Positions 22,112-34,703 of a DNA stretch of 64,000 nucleotides are shown here, in pieces. Under the pieces are notes generated by a model. That model did not search any database, had not been told where the DNA came from, and was given only the letters and a program-made list of their open reading frames with translations. This DNA is from Thermoanaerobaculia bacterium (lineage in GTDB: Bacteria > Acidobacteriota > Thermoanaerobaculia > Multivoradales > JAGPDF01): NCBI GenBank assembly GCA_048500095.1, contig JASNYQ010000001.1, positions 246,136 through 310,135 on the forward strand, given 5' to 3'. Every line of letters begins with the position of its first letter. Within the stretch, counting starts at the first letter, position 1. The translations under genes were made by a program, and so were the position numbers.

Positions 22112-23938
22112 TCAGCTCCGGAGCGGCTGGGCGAAGAGAGCCGGGACCGCGTCGCCGAGCGCCGCGAGCAGCGCGTCGCGCCGCATCTTGAGGGTCGGCG
22201 TGAGGAGGCCCGGGTGCTCGTGGGGCGCGCCCGGGATCACCAGCAGCCGCTTCGGGATCTCGAACTCGCTGAACGCCGCGAGCGCCTCGCGGATCCGCGG
22301 CAGCAGCGCTGCCGCGGCGTCCTGCCCGCAGGCCGCGAGGCGGGCGATCTCCTCCCGCGCCACGAACACCGCGGCGGCGACGAACGGATGCCCCTCGCCG
22401 AGGAGGATCGCCCCCTCGAAGGGCGGCGTGGCGGCGATCACCTGCTCGATCGGCTCGGGCACCAGCTTCTTGCCGCTGGAGAGCACGAGGAGGTTCTTGC
22501 ACCGCCCCTCGACGTGGAGGAAGCCGTCGGCGTCGACGCGGGCGAGATCACCGGTGCGGAAGAAGCCGTCGGCCGTCCAGGCCTCCGCGTCGTCCTCGGC
22601 GTCGAGGTAGCCGGTGAGGAGGAGCGGGCCGCGGATCTGCAGCTCGCCCGCCCGGACGCGCACCTCGTGATCGGGCGAGATCCGCCCCACCGAGCCCGCG
22701 CGGCGCGGCCCCTCGTAGAGGTTCGAGGAGATCATCCCCGCGGTCTCGCTCATCCCGTACATCTCGACGAACGGCAGGCCGAGCGACTCGAAGAAGCGGA
22801 AGAGTCCGGGCGCGGCCGGGGCGCCGCCGGAGAAGAGCCCGCGCACCCGGCCTCCGAGGCGACGGCGCAGCGCGCGGCCGACGAGCCGGTCGGCCAGCGC
22901 GGCGAGCAGCCGGTCCCGGAGGGCCGCGGAGCTCTCGAGCCGGACCCGCTCCGCCGCGGCGAGCGCGGCGCGCGCGAGCCCCTCGAGCGGCCGCGGGAGC
23001 GCCGCCAGCCGCGCCTCCACCTGCCCGCGGATCCGCTCGTAGACGAGCGGCACCGAGAACAGGTAGGTCGGCCGCAGCGCCAGCGCGGCCTCGAGGTCCT
23101 CCCGGCGGGCGATCATCACGAGCTCGTGCGCCTGCGCGAGCGCGAGGCAGAACTGGTCGTGGCCGGCGACGTGGCCGAACGGGAGGAAGTGGACGCCGGC
23201 GTCGGCCTCGGTGGTGCCGACGGAGGCGATCCCGGCCTCGAGCGCGCACACGATCGAGCGCTGCGAGAGCCGCACCCCCTTCGGGCGCCCCGTCGTGCCG
23301 CTGGTGAAGAGGAGCAGGAACGGATCCTCCTCGGCCACCGCGGCGGCGAGGCGGGCCAGCTCTTCGCCGGAGAGCGCGGGCGCATCCGGCCCCACGACGT
23401 CGGAGAGCGCGAGGAGCGCCACGCCGTCGGGAATCCCGTTGCGCGGCAGCAGGTCGCGGGAGACCACCGCCGCGAGCCCCCGGCGCTTCAGCTCGCCGGC
23501 CACCGGCGCGAGCTTCTCCCACTGCTCCGGGCCCGAGACGAACACCACCGCCGGGGCCACGCGCAGCGCAATGGCCGCCGCCGGCTCGGCCGCGAGGCTG
23601 GCGAAGAGCGCCGCCGGCTCGGCGCGCAGCAGCTGGACGCCGAGCGCCAGCATCTGCCACTCCGGCGAGTTCTCCGCGAGCAGCAGCGCCCGGGTCCCGG
23701 CGCCGACACCCTGGGCGCGGAGGGCCGCGGCCGCCCGCCCGGCGCCGGCGGCGAAGGCGCCGTACGTCAGCTCCCGCACCTCCCCGGACGCGGGCTCCAC
23801 GAAGCGCAGGAAGCGCCGCCCGGCCGCGCGCGCCGCGCTCGCCTGCATCAGCAGCGGCAGCGTCCGCTCCGGGAATCGCCGGACCGGCAGGCGGGGGAAC
23901 TCGCGGGGGGCTTCCGGGCTCGACATCGGGCTCTCCAT
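22112..23938 (-). CDS. AMP-dependent synthetase/ligase (long-chain acyl-CoA synthetase-like)
   Basis: AMP-binding motif LLLFTSGTTGRPKGV, ...YGMSET..., GFFRTGDLARVDADGFLHVEGRCKN. Start set at MESPMSS (23938). An upstream alternative start at 24013 is possible. Confidence 0.8.
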   Translation of the reverse strand: MESPMSSPEAPREFPRLPVRRFPERTLPLLMQASAARAAGRRFLRFVEPASGEVRELTYGAFAAGAGRAAAALRAQGVGAGTRALLLAENSPEWQMLALGVQLLRAEPAALFASLAAEPAAAIALRVAPAVVFVSGPEQWEKLAPVAGELKRRGLAAVVSRDLLPRNGIPDGVALLALSDVVGPDAPALSGEELARLAAAVAEEDPFLLLFTSGTTGRPKGVRLSQRSIVCALEAGIASVGTTEADAGVHFLPFGHVAGHDQFCLALAQAHELVMIARREDLEAALALRPTYLFSVPLVYERIRGQVEARLAALPRPLEGLARAALAAAERVRLESSAALRDRLLAALADRLVGRALRRRLGGRVRGLFSGGAPAAPGLFRFFESLGLPFVEMYGMSETAGMISSNLYEGPRRAGSVGRISPDHEVRVRAGELQIRGPLLLTGYLDAEDDAEAWTADGFFRTGDLARVDADGFLHVEGRCKNLLVLSSGKKLVPEPIEQVIAATPPFEGAILLGEGHPFVAAAVFVAREEIARLAACGQDAAAALLPRIREALAAFSEFEIPKRLLVIPGAPHEHPGLLTPTLKMRRDALLAALGDAVPALFAQPLRS

Positions 23939-24064
23939 GGACCGCCGTCCGAGCCTGTCACAGGTCGCGCCATCGCGCCCCACCCCGCGGCGTCGTCTGG
24001 GGCTGGAAGCCACTCTCGACTAGACTCCGCGCCCGGGTTTCCCGCACGAATGGGGAGGAGATCG

Positions 24065-25105
24065 ATGGCGAAGGGCTGCCTCACGTTGACCGGACTCTTC
24101 TCGCTCGCGCTCTTCCTCGAGCGCCTGGCGCTCGGGGAGCGCGGCTTGCCGTTGCCCTGGCTCGCCGCCGCGCTGCTCGCCGCGAGCCTGACGCTGGCGC
24201 TCGGAAGTGCCCAGGGGGTCGCGCGGGCCCTGCGCCGCCGGAACGCGCCGGAGAGCGGACCCTCGCGGTGGAGGGACGGCGAGAGCGTGCGCACCGGCGG
24301 CCGGATCGAGCCGGCCGGCCCGCTGCTCCGCACACCTCTCGGGGGGCGCGACGCGGTGCTCGTCGAGTACTCGATCTACCGGGTGCCCAGCCGGGCCCAG
24401 ATCGGAGGCAACCCGCAGGCGCGGCCCACCGCACCGAGGGCCAACGGCCTCGAGATGGTGCCGTTCCGGGTGCGCAGCGCCGCCGGTGCGATCGCCATCG
24501 ACGGCTGGGCGAGCCTGGCGCAGTTCCCGGAGGCGGACTGCGACCACGCAGAGGGAAGGGAGGGAGCGGCCCGGGTTCTGGCCTCCGAGCCCTGGCGCGT
24601 CTCGACGCTGGACGAGGCCGCCGGCGCCGGGCGGGGACTGCTGGGTGGACCGGCGGGGACAGCCCTTCCCCTCCGGCTCGCGAACCCCGCGGCGGTCCGC
24701 GAGCTCCTGGCGCCGGAGGGAGAGCCGAACGCCGGCCGTTGGTCGGGCGGGCCGCCTCCCGACCTCGAGGGAGAGACCGCCGCAGCAGCGGTCCGCGCCC
24801 GCCTCGCGAGGCACAGGTGGCAGCTCAAGGAGCGCCGCCTCGCCCCCGGGGACGAGGTCACGGTGGAGGGGATCTACCGCGCGGACCCGCCGCGGATCGA
24901 GGTCGGCCGCGGGCCGTCTCTCGGCGCGCCCGAGCGCGGGATCCGGCCCGGTCTGCCCGACGTCACCGGCCGGCGGGACGCGCGCACGGCGTTGGCCTTC
25001 GCCCTCGCCCTCGCGGCGGTGGCGGCCGCGGCCCACTGGCTCGTCTTCTCCTCCGGCGGGCAGCTCTACCGCGGGCTCGTCGACTGGCTCCGCCGGGCCG
25101 CCTGA
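24065..25105 (+). CDS. Hypothetical membrane protein
   Basis: ATG preceded by GGGGAGGAG. N-terminal TM helices and a C-terminal TM. TAGACT at 24021-24026 upstream. Confidence 0.45.
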   Translation: MAKGCLTLTGLFSLALFLERLALGERGLPLPWLAAALLAASLTLALGSAQGVARALRRRNAPESGPSRWRDGESVRTGGRIEPAGPLLRTPLGGRDAVLVEYSIYRVPSRAQIGGNPQARPTAPRANGLEMVPFRVRSAAGAIAIDGWASLAQFPEADCDHAEGREGAARVLASEPWRVSTLDEAAGAGRGLLGGPAGTALPLRLANPAAVRELLAPEGEPNAGRWSGGPPPDLEGETAAAAVRARLARHRWQLKERRLAPGDEVTVEGIYRADPPRIEVGRGPSLGAPERGIRPGLPDVTGRRDARTALAFALALAAVAAAAHWLVFSSGGQLYRGLVDWLRRAA

Positions 25106-25202
25106 CCCGCCGGCCGCGAGCGGGGCGAGAAACAGGAGGCGGAGGGGACCGCGCGAGCGATCCGCCTCCGCCTCGGGAAACGGCGAGCCGCCGGAGCCGG
25201 CC

Positions 25203-26620
<1,418 letters not shown>

Positions 26621-26624
<4 letters not shown>

Positions 26625-28030
26625 GACACTACCTCCTCGGCGGCGAGAATCCGGTTCACGATCTCCGACTGGCCCGGCAGCACGCCCCCGTAGTGGCGGA
26701 CGTGCTCGATCAAGGGCGGCTTGAAGACCCCCGCCTGGCTCAAGGCGAGGCGCAGCTCGTCCTCGAGCTGGCCGTTCGAGGCCTCGACCACGACGATCCG
26801 CTCCACCCGCTTGAGCAGCGGCAGGAGGTGCTGGATGGGGAACGGCCAGAGCGTGACCGGCCGGAAGAGGCCGACCTTGACCCCCTTCTGCCGCAGCTGC
26901 TGCACCGCCCCCTTGGCCATCTGCGCCGGGGTGGTGGTGGCGACGATCAGGGTCTCGGCGTCGGCGCAGTGGAAGAGGTCGGCCCGCTGCTCGTTGGCCG
27001 TCATCTCCGCGTACTTGCCGAGCAGGTACTTGTTGTGGTCCTCGAGCTCCTGCTCGGAGAGGTAGATCGAGCAGATCAGGTTGCGCCGGTGGTCGTGGTC
27101 GCCCCACACCGCCCACTGCGGGCGACCCGGACGGACCATCTTGCGCGGCAGGGTGACGCGCCCGGTCATCTGGCCGAGGTAGCCGTCGCCGAGGATGACC
27201 ACCGGGTTCCGGTACTTGAACGAGAGCTGGAAGGCCAGCATCGTCAGGTCCAGCATCTCCTGCGGCGTGGAGGGCGCGAGCACGATGGCGTGGGTGTTGC
27301 CGTGCCCGAGGCCGCGGCAGGCGAGCTTGATGTCCGACTGCTCGGGGGCGATGTTCCCCAGGCCGGGGCCGCCGCGCATGATGTCGAGGAAGACCCCCGG
27401 CACCTCGGAGCCGATCATGTACGAGATCCCCTCCAGCATCAGGCTGAAGCCCGGCGAGGAGGTGAAGGTGAGGCAGGGCAGACCGGCGCCGCCGCAGCCG
27501 TACATGATGTTGACCGTGGCGACCTCGGAGACCGCCTGCAGGAAGACGCCGTCGAGCTTGGGCAGCAGCTTCGCCATCAGCTCCGCGCCCTCGGTGGAGG
27601 GGGTGATCGGATAGCCGTAGACGTGGCGGCAGCCGGCGAGCATGGCGCCGATCGCGGCGGCGTAGTTGCCCTTGATGACCAGCGGCGCGGTGGCCGGCAG
27701 GTCGACCAGCTCGTCCGGGATCGGCTCGGCGTGCGGCGCGGCGGTCTCCCGCGCGCCGAAGAGATGTGCCGGGTCCTGCAGCTCGTAGTCCTCACCCGGC
27801 TGGACCTGCGGCTGCAGCCCGAACGGCTCGGGGCAGGCGGTGATGCAGAGCCCGCAGCCGTTGCACGCCTCGAGGTCGAGGACGATCGGGATCAGACCGG
27901 TCTGGGGGTTGATTTCCGTTCCCAGAGAGATACAGTGCTTCGAGCAGACATCGATGCAGCGCCCGCAGCCCTTGCAGTACTCCGGGAAGACGAACGGCTT
28001 GGGCCGTTCGCTGACTTGGGGTTGACTCAT
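26621..28030 (-). CDS. korA: 2-oxoacid:ferredoxin oxidoreductase alpha subunit with an N-terminal 2x[4Fe-4S] ferredoxin (delta) domain
   Basis: CKGCGRCIDVC...CNGCGLCITACP, then the alpha core (YGYPITPSTE, GGAGLPCLTFTSSPGFSLM). RBS AAGGAGG. Confidence 0.85.
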
Positions 28031-28104
28031 CGGCTTGGCCTCCTTGCGGACAGGGCCAGGGACAACCGCGGTGGCACGCCGTGGCGCCCGGGTCGACTGC
28101 CTGA

Positions 28105-28193
28105 GAGAGGATAGCAGAAAAGCGATAAAAGGATTTTTAATTCTTTTTTTCTGAATTCATGATACTCTCCTCCTCCGGAAAGGAAGGTCGATC
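28105..28193. promoter_or_regulatory. Unusually AT-rich divergent control region between korA and the Rrf2 gene, containing a TGAATTCA palindrome
   Basis: atagcagaaaagcgataaaaggatttttaattctttttttctgaattcatgatactc, set in a >70% GC genome. GATACT -10-like box and SD GGAAAGGAAGG lie before the Rrf2 ATG. Confidence 0.45.
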
Positions 28194-28673
28194 ATGCTCA
28201 CTCGCAGCTCCGAATACGCGCTCCGCGCGTTGACCTATCTCTCCCTGAAGGAGGACCGCACCAGCTGGGTCCTCGCCCGGCACATCGCCACGGAGCTCGG
28301 GATCCCTTCGCCGTTCCTCGCGAAGATCCTGCAGACGCTGGCCGGGGCCTCGATCCTCGAGAGCCAGCGCGGCCGGCGCGGCGGCTTCCGGCTCAACCGG
28401 AACCCGGAGCGGCTCTCGCTGCTCGAGATCATCGAGCCGTTCGACCGGCTGGAGAGCGAGCGCCTCTGCGTGCTGGGGCAGAAGGTCTGCTCCGACGAGA
28501 CCGCCTGCCCGCTCCACCACACCTGGAAGCACTCGCTGAACTCGTTCCTGCACCGGCTGCGCACGACCACGCTCGCCGATCTGCGCGACCACCCGATGGC
28601 GATGGGCTTTCCGAGCCGGCTCGAGCCGCCGAGCTCGCCCAGCGGTCCTTCCAACCTCGCCTCGATGGTCTGA
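28194..28673 (+). CDS. Rrf2 family transcriptional regulator (second paralog, three-Cys type)
   Basis: MLTRSSEYALRALTYLS...winged HTH...CVLGQKVCSDETACP. Confidence 0.8.
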   Translation: MLTRSSEYALRALTYLSLKEDRTSWVLARHIATELGIPSPFLAKILQTLAGASILESQRGRRGGFRLNRNPERLSLLEIIEPFDRLESERLCVLGQKVCSDETACPLHHTWKHSLNSFLHRLRTTTLADLRDHPMAMGFPSRLEPPSSPSGPSNLASMV

Positions 28674-28710
28674 TCCCCCGCCGGGACGGGGGCCGGCACG
28701 GGGCCGGGAC

Positions 28711-29856
28711 TCAGGCCGCGCCGGGCGGGACCGGACGCAGCCGGCGGGAGACCTCGATCAGCTCGGTGAGGTTCTCCAGGGTGATCATCCCCGCCAGACG
28801 GCCCCCGTCGACCACGAGGAGCGGCATCGAGGGCCGCCCCTGCAGCAGGCGCAGCACCTCCTCGAGCGGCGCGTCCGGCGGCACGGCCGCCACCTCCCGC
28901 TCCATCACCTCCAGCACCGGCGTCTCGCGACCGGCCCGGGCCAGGGCCTCGAGCAGCACCCCCCGGTGCAGGAGGCCGGCCACCCGCCCCCAGGCGTCGA
29001 CCACCGGGAAATCGTGCTGGTGGGTCGTGAGCAGCAGCTCGGCCGCCTTGCCCAACGTGTCCTGCGGAGCGAGCGCGTCGAAGCGGGTGATCATCGCCGC
29101 CCGCGCGTCGAGACCCTGGACGGCGGCGCGGCTGCGGTGGAACGCCGCCTCCTGGCCGGCGCCGAGGAAGACGAAGAAGGCGATGAAGACGAGGATGAAG
29201 TTGCCGGTGATCAGCCCGAGCCCGCCGAACACGATCGCCGCCCCCTGACCCACGCCGGCGGCGACGGCGGTCGCCCGCTCCTCGCTCATGAAGAAGGTGA
29301 GCGTGGCGCGCAGCACGCGCCCGCCGTCCATCGGGAACGCCGGCAGCAGGTTGAAGAAGAAGAGGGAGGCGTTGACGAGCAGCAGCTGCAGCAGCACCGA
29401 GTTGCCGGAGGCGAGCTCGGAGGCGCTGCCGGGCATCCGGACCTGCAGGACCAGCATCACGGCGAAGAGCATGCCGGCGAGCACGAGGTTCACCGCCGGC
29501 CCGGCGAGCGCGATCAGCAGCTCGGCCTTGCCGGACGGCATCCGCTCCAGGCGGGCGACGCCGCCGATCGGGTAGAGCACGATCTCGCGCGTCCTCACCT
29601 GGTAGACCTTGGCCATCGCGGCGTGCCCCAGCTCGTGGAGCAGGACGCAGCCGAAGAGCAGCAGGATGAAGCCGACGCCCGAGAGGAAGGTCTCCCCCAT
29701 CCGGGTCGAGCGCACCCCGAACCAGACCAGCAGCAGCAGGAAGGTGAAGTGGATCCGGATCGGGATGCCCAGGGCGGTCCCGATCCGGAAGGCCCACGGC
29801 GAACCGGCCTCCTCGGCCTCCGCCCGCCGCCCGGACTGCTCGCGCTCAGCGGCCAT
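28711..29856 (-). CDS. Site-2 protease (M50 family) with tandem CBS domains
   Basis: HELGHAAMA zinc motif in a TM helix, LPAFPMDGG second motif, C-terminal CBS pair. Confidence 0.8.
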   Translation of the reverse strand: MAAEREQSGRRAEAEEAGSPWAFRIGTALGIPIRIHFTFLLLLVWFGVRSTRMGETFLSGVGFILLLFGCVLLHELGHAAMAKVYQVRTREIVLYPIGGVARLERMPSGKAELLIALAGPAVNLVLAGMLFAVMLVLQVRMPGSASELASGNSVLLQLLLVNASLFFFNLLPAFPMDGGRVLRATLTFFMSEERATAVAAGVGQGAAIVFGGLGLITGNFILVFIAFFVFLGAGQEAAFHRSRAAVQGLDARAAMITRFDALAPQDTLGKAAELLLTTHQHDFPVVDAWGRVAGLLHRGVLLEALARAGRETPVLEVMEREVAAVPPDAPLEEVLRLLQGRPSMPLLVVDGGRLAGMITLENLTELIEVSRRLRPVPPGAA

Positions 29857-29865
29857 CCGCGCCGC

Positions 29866-31695
<1,830 letters not shown>

Positions 31696-31873
31696 CGGGA
31701 GAACCTCCGGGGGTGGGTTCACGGCCGGCGAGCGGACCGATCCGGTGGCAGCGGCGCGACGGACGGGACAGGCCTGGCTCGCCGGAGGGCGAGCCGCTCG
31801 CGGGGCCGGACCCGAGGTCGCATGCTATCATCGCGCCCCGCCGCGGCGGCCTGCACCGCCCCCGATCCCCCGC

Positions 31874-32734
31874 ATGAAGAGACTCCTGCCGTCGCTGCTC
31901 GCCACCTGTATCGCGTTGCTGGCCGGGCCCGCGCTCGCGAGCGACTGGTCCACCGATCCGGACGCCGCCTTCGCCCGCGCCGCGCGGGAGGACCGTCTCG
32001 TGATCGTCGCCTTGTACGCCGACTGGTGCGGCTGGTGCCGGAAGCTCGAGCGCGAGGTCTTTCCCTCGGAGCGCTTCCTCTCCTTCGCCCGCCCGTTCGT
32101 GCTCCTGCGGGCGAACGTGGAGGACGGCGGCGCCGGCAGCGCGCTGCGCGACCGCCACCGCGCCGGCTCGCTGCCGACCCTCCTCGTCCTCGACGCCCGC
32201 CAGGTCCGGATCGCCGAGGTGGAGGGCTACCTGCCGGCCGGCGACCTGGTGGCCGAGATCGAGCGCGGTCTCGCCGCGTGGCGCTCGCTGGTCGCCGCCT
32301 CCGAGCAGGCGCTCGCCGAGCCGCCCGCGCCGGCGCGGCTCCGGAGCCTCGCCGAGCAGTTCCACCGGCGCGACGACGGACGGCGGGCGGCGACCCTCTA
32401 CCGGCGTTGGCTCGCCCTCGACCCGCCCGAGCCGGCCCGCCGCTGGGGGCGGTACCTGCTCGCCGATGCCCACCAGATCGCCGGCGACCGGAGCGAGGCT
32501 CTCGCCGAGCTGGCGCGGGCCCGCGCCGCGGCCGCCGCGGCCGGGGACGGGGAGCTCGGCGAGCTCGCCGCCCTGCTCGCCTCGCGCATCCACGAGGCGG
32601 ACGGCCGCTGCGCCGAGGCGCGCGCCGCCCTCGAGGCCTTCCTGGCCGAGAGCCCGGCGAACCGCCGCTCGGCCCGCGTGCGCGGCGAGATCGCCCGCCT
32701 CGCGCCGGGAGGCCCGGCCTCCCGCTGCGGCTGA
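31874..32734 (+). CDS. Thioredoxin-fold periplasmic protein (WCGWC) with helical/TPR-like C-terminal region
   Basis: Signal peptide. LVIVALYADWCGWCRKLEREVFPS. Confidence 0.7.
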   Translation: MKRLLPSLLATCIALLAGPALASDWSTDPDAAFARAAREDRLVIVALYADWCGWCRKLEREVFPSERFLSFARPFVLLRANVEDGGAGSALRDRHRAGSLPTLLVLDARQVRIAEVEGYLPAGDLVAEIERGLAAWRSLVAASEQALAEPPAPARLRSLAEQFHRRDDGRRAATLYRRWLALDPPEPARRWGRYLLADAHQIAGDRSEALAELARARAAAAAAGDGELGELAALLASRIHEADGRCAEARAALEAFLAESPANRRSARVRGEIARLAPGGPASRCG

Positions 32735-32748
32735 ACGTGGAGGCCCCG

Positions 32749-34554
32749 ATGCGCCCTCGTGCCCGAGCTTCGTTCGCCCTCCTCTCTCTCGCGCTGCTCC
32801 TTCCCGGCCTCGCCGTACCCCCCGCGGGCGCCCAGCTCGCCCGCCCGGAACGGGCGCGCCTGGAGCTCCTGGCCGGCCGCACCGCCCACCTGCCGGGCGA
32901 GGAGGCCCGCGTCGTGGCGCGCGTCACCGTCGACGAGGGCTGGCACATCCAGGCCCACCGACCGACCTTCGACTACCTGATCCCGACCCGGCTCGCCCTC
33001 GACCTGCCCTCCGGCTGGGTGGAGCGGGAGCTGCGCTACCCGGAGCCGAAGCTCTGGCGCTTCGCCTTCGAGGAGACCCCGCTCGCGGTCTACGAAGGCG
33101 AGGTCCGGATCGAAGCCCTGGTCGCCCTCCCCTCCGAGCTCCCGCTCGGGGCCGCGCGCCTCGCGGCCCGGCTCGAGTACCAGGCGTGCGACGATCGCCA
33201 GTGCCTGCCGCCCACCGAGGCGACCGCGACCCTCGAGCTGGTGATCGGCCCCGGAGGGACCGAGGTCGACCTCGGCCAGGTCGCCCCCGCCCAGGGCCGC
33301 GCGCGGAGCGGCCCCGGGTCGATCTGGGGCGCTCTCGGCATGCTCCTCGCCGGCCTGGCGGGGGGCCTGATCCTCAACGCCATGCCGTGCGTCCTCCCGA
33401 TCCTCTCGCTCAAGGCGTTCGGGCTGGTGAAGGCCGCCGGCCGCTCGCGCCGGAGCGTGACGCTCGCCGGGCTCGCCACCAGCGCCGGCATCCTGGTCTC
33501 TTTCTGGGCCCTCGCCGCGGCCGCCGTCGCGGCCCGGGCGGCAGGGGCCGCGGTCGGCTGGGGGGTCCAGTTCCAGGAGCCCGGCTTCGTGGCCTTCCTG
33601 CTCGCCGTCGTCGCCCTCTTCTCGCTCAACCTCTGGGGGCTCTTCGAAGTGCCGCTGCCCCGCCGCCTCGCCGCGGTCGCCGACTCGGGCGGGGAAGGAG
33701 TCGCCGGCCACTTCGTCTCCGGCCTCTTCGCGACCCTGATGGCGACCCCCTGCTCGGCGCCGTTCCTCGGCACCGCCATCTCGTTCGCGCTCGGCCAGCC
33801 GGCCCTCTGGGTGATGGCGATCTTCACCGCCGTGGGCACCGGCATGGCGCTCCCCTACCTGCTGCTCGCCGTCGCGCCCGGCGCGGCTCGATTCCTGCCC
33901 CGGCCCGGCGCCTGGATGGACACGCTCAAGGGCCTCATGGGCTTCCTCCTCGCCGGCGCCGCCGTCTGGCTGCTCTACGTGCTCACCGCGCAGATCAGCG
34001 CCGAGCGCCTCCTCGCCGTCGAGCTGGTCCTCCTCGCCCTCGGCCTCGCCGCCTGGCTCCACCACCGGGCGCGCCCCGAAGGTAGGGGGCGCCGCCTCGC
34101 CGCGGTCGGGATGCTCGCGACCACCCTCGGCCTGATCGTGCTGGCGGCCACCGCCGCCCCCGCCTCGTCGCGCGGCGGCGGCCCGGCCGCCCCGGCCCCG
34201 GGGCGCATCGCCTGGCAGCCGTTCGACCGCGCCGCCGCCGAGGGGCTCGCCGCCGAGGGGCGCCTGGTCTTCGTCGACGTCACCGCCGACTGGTGCCTGA
34301 CCTGCAAGGTCAACGAGCGGCTGGTGCTGAACACGGCCGAGGTGGCGGCCGCCTTCGAGCGGCACGGCGTGGTGCCGATGAAGGCGGACTGGACGAACCG
34401 CAACGCCGAGATCGGCGCCTTCCTGGCCGAGCACGGCAGGCACGGCATCCCGTTCTACCTGCTCTACCGGCCGGGGCGGCCGCCCCACGTCTTCGGCGAG
34501 CTGCTCACCCGCGACGGCGTCGTCGCGGTCCTCGCCGAGTCGGCGCCGCGCTGA
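32749..34554 (+). CDS. dsbD: Thiol:disulfide interchange protein DsbD (alpha, beta-TM and gamma-thioredoxin domains)
   Basis: N-terminal domain with YQACDDRQC, central TM domain with paired Cys (NAMPCVLP, ATPCSAPF), C-terminal WCLTC thioredoxin. Confidence 0.85.
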   Translation: MRPRARASFALLSLALLLPGLAVPPAGAQLARPERARLELLAGRTAHLPGEEARVVARVTVDEGWHIQAHRPTFDYLIPTRLALDLPSGWVERELRYPEPKLWRFAFEETPLAVYEGEVRIEALVALPSELPLGAARLAARLEYQACDDRQCLPPTEATATLELVIGPGGTEVDLGQVAPAQGRARSGPGSIWGALGMLLAGLAGGLILNAMPCVLPILSLKAFGLVKAAGRSRRSVTLAGLATSAGILVSFWALAAAAVAARAAGAAVGWGVQFQEPGFVAFLLAVVALFSLNLWGLFEVPLPRRLAAVADSGGEGVAGHFVSGLFATLMATPCSAPFLGTAISFALGQPALWVMAIFTAVGTGMALPYLLLAVAPGAARFLPRPGAWMDTLKGLMGFLLAGAAVWLLYVLTAQISAERLLAVELVLLALGLAAWLHHRARPEGRGRRLAAVGMLATTLGLIVLAATAAPASSRGGGPAAPAPGRIAWQPFDRAAAEGLAAEGRLVFVDVTADWCLTCKVNERLVLNTAEVAAAFERHGVVPMKADWTNRNAEIGAFLAEHGRHGIPFYLLYRPGRPPHVFGELLTRDGVVAVLAESAPR

Positions 34555-34703
34555 GCGCCGCGACCGGGAGGAGGCCGCCGGCCCACTCCCGCGCGGGGGC
34601 TCCACCCACCCGAACGCGCGGTGCAGCCCTCCGGGGGGGCTGGTAGCCTCCGGACAACGCGACGGGCGGTGCCGTGTCACCGGCCGCGCCCGTGAGAGGT
34701 CCC

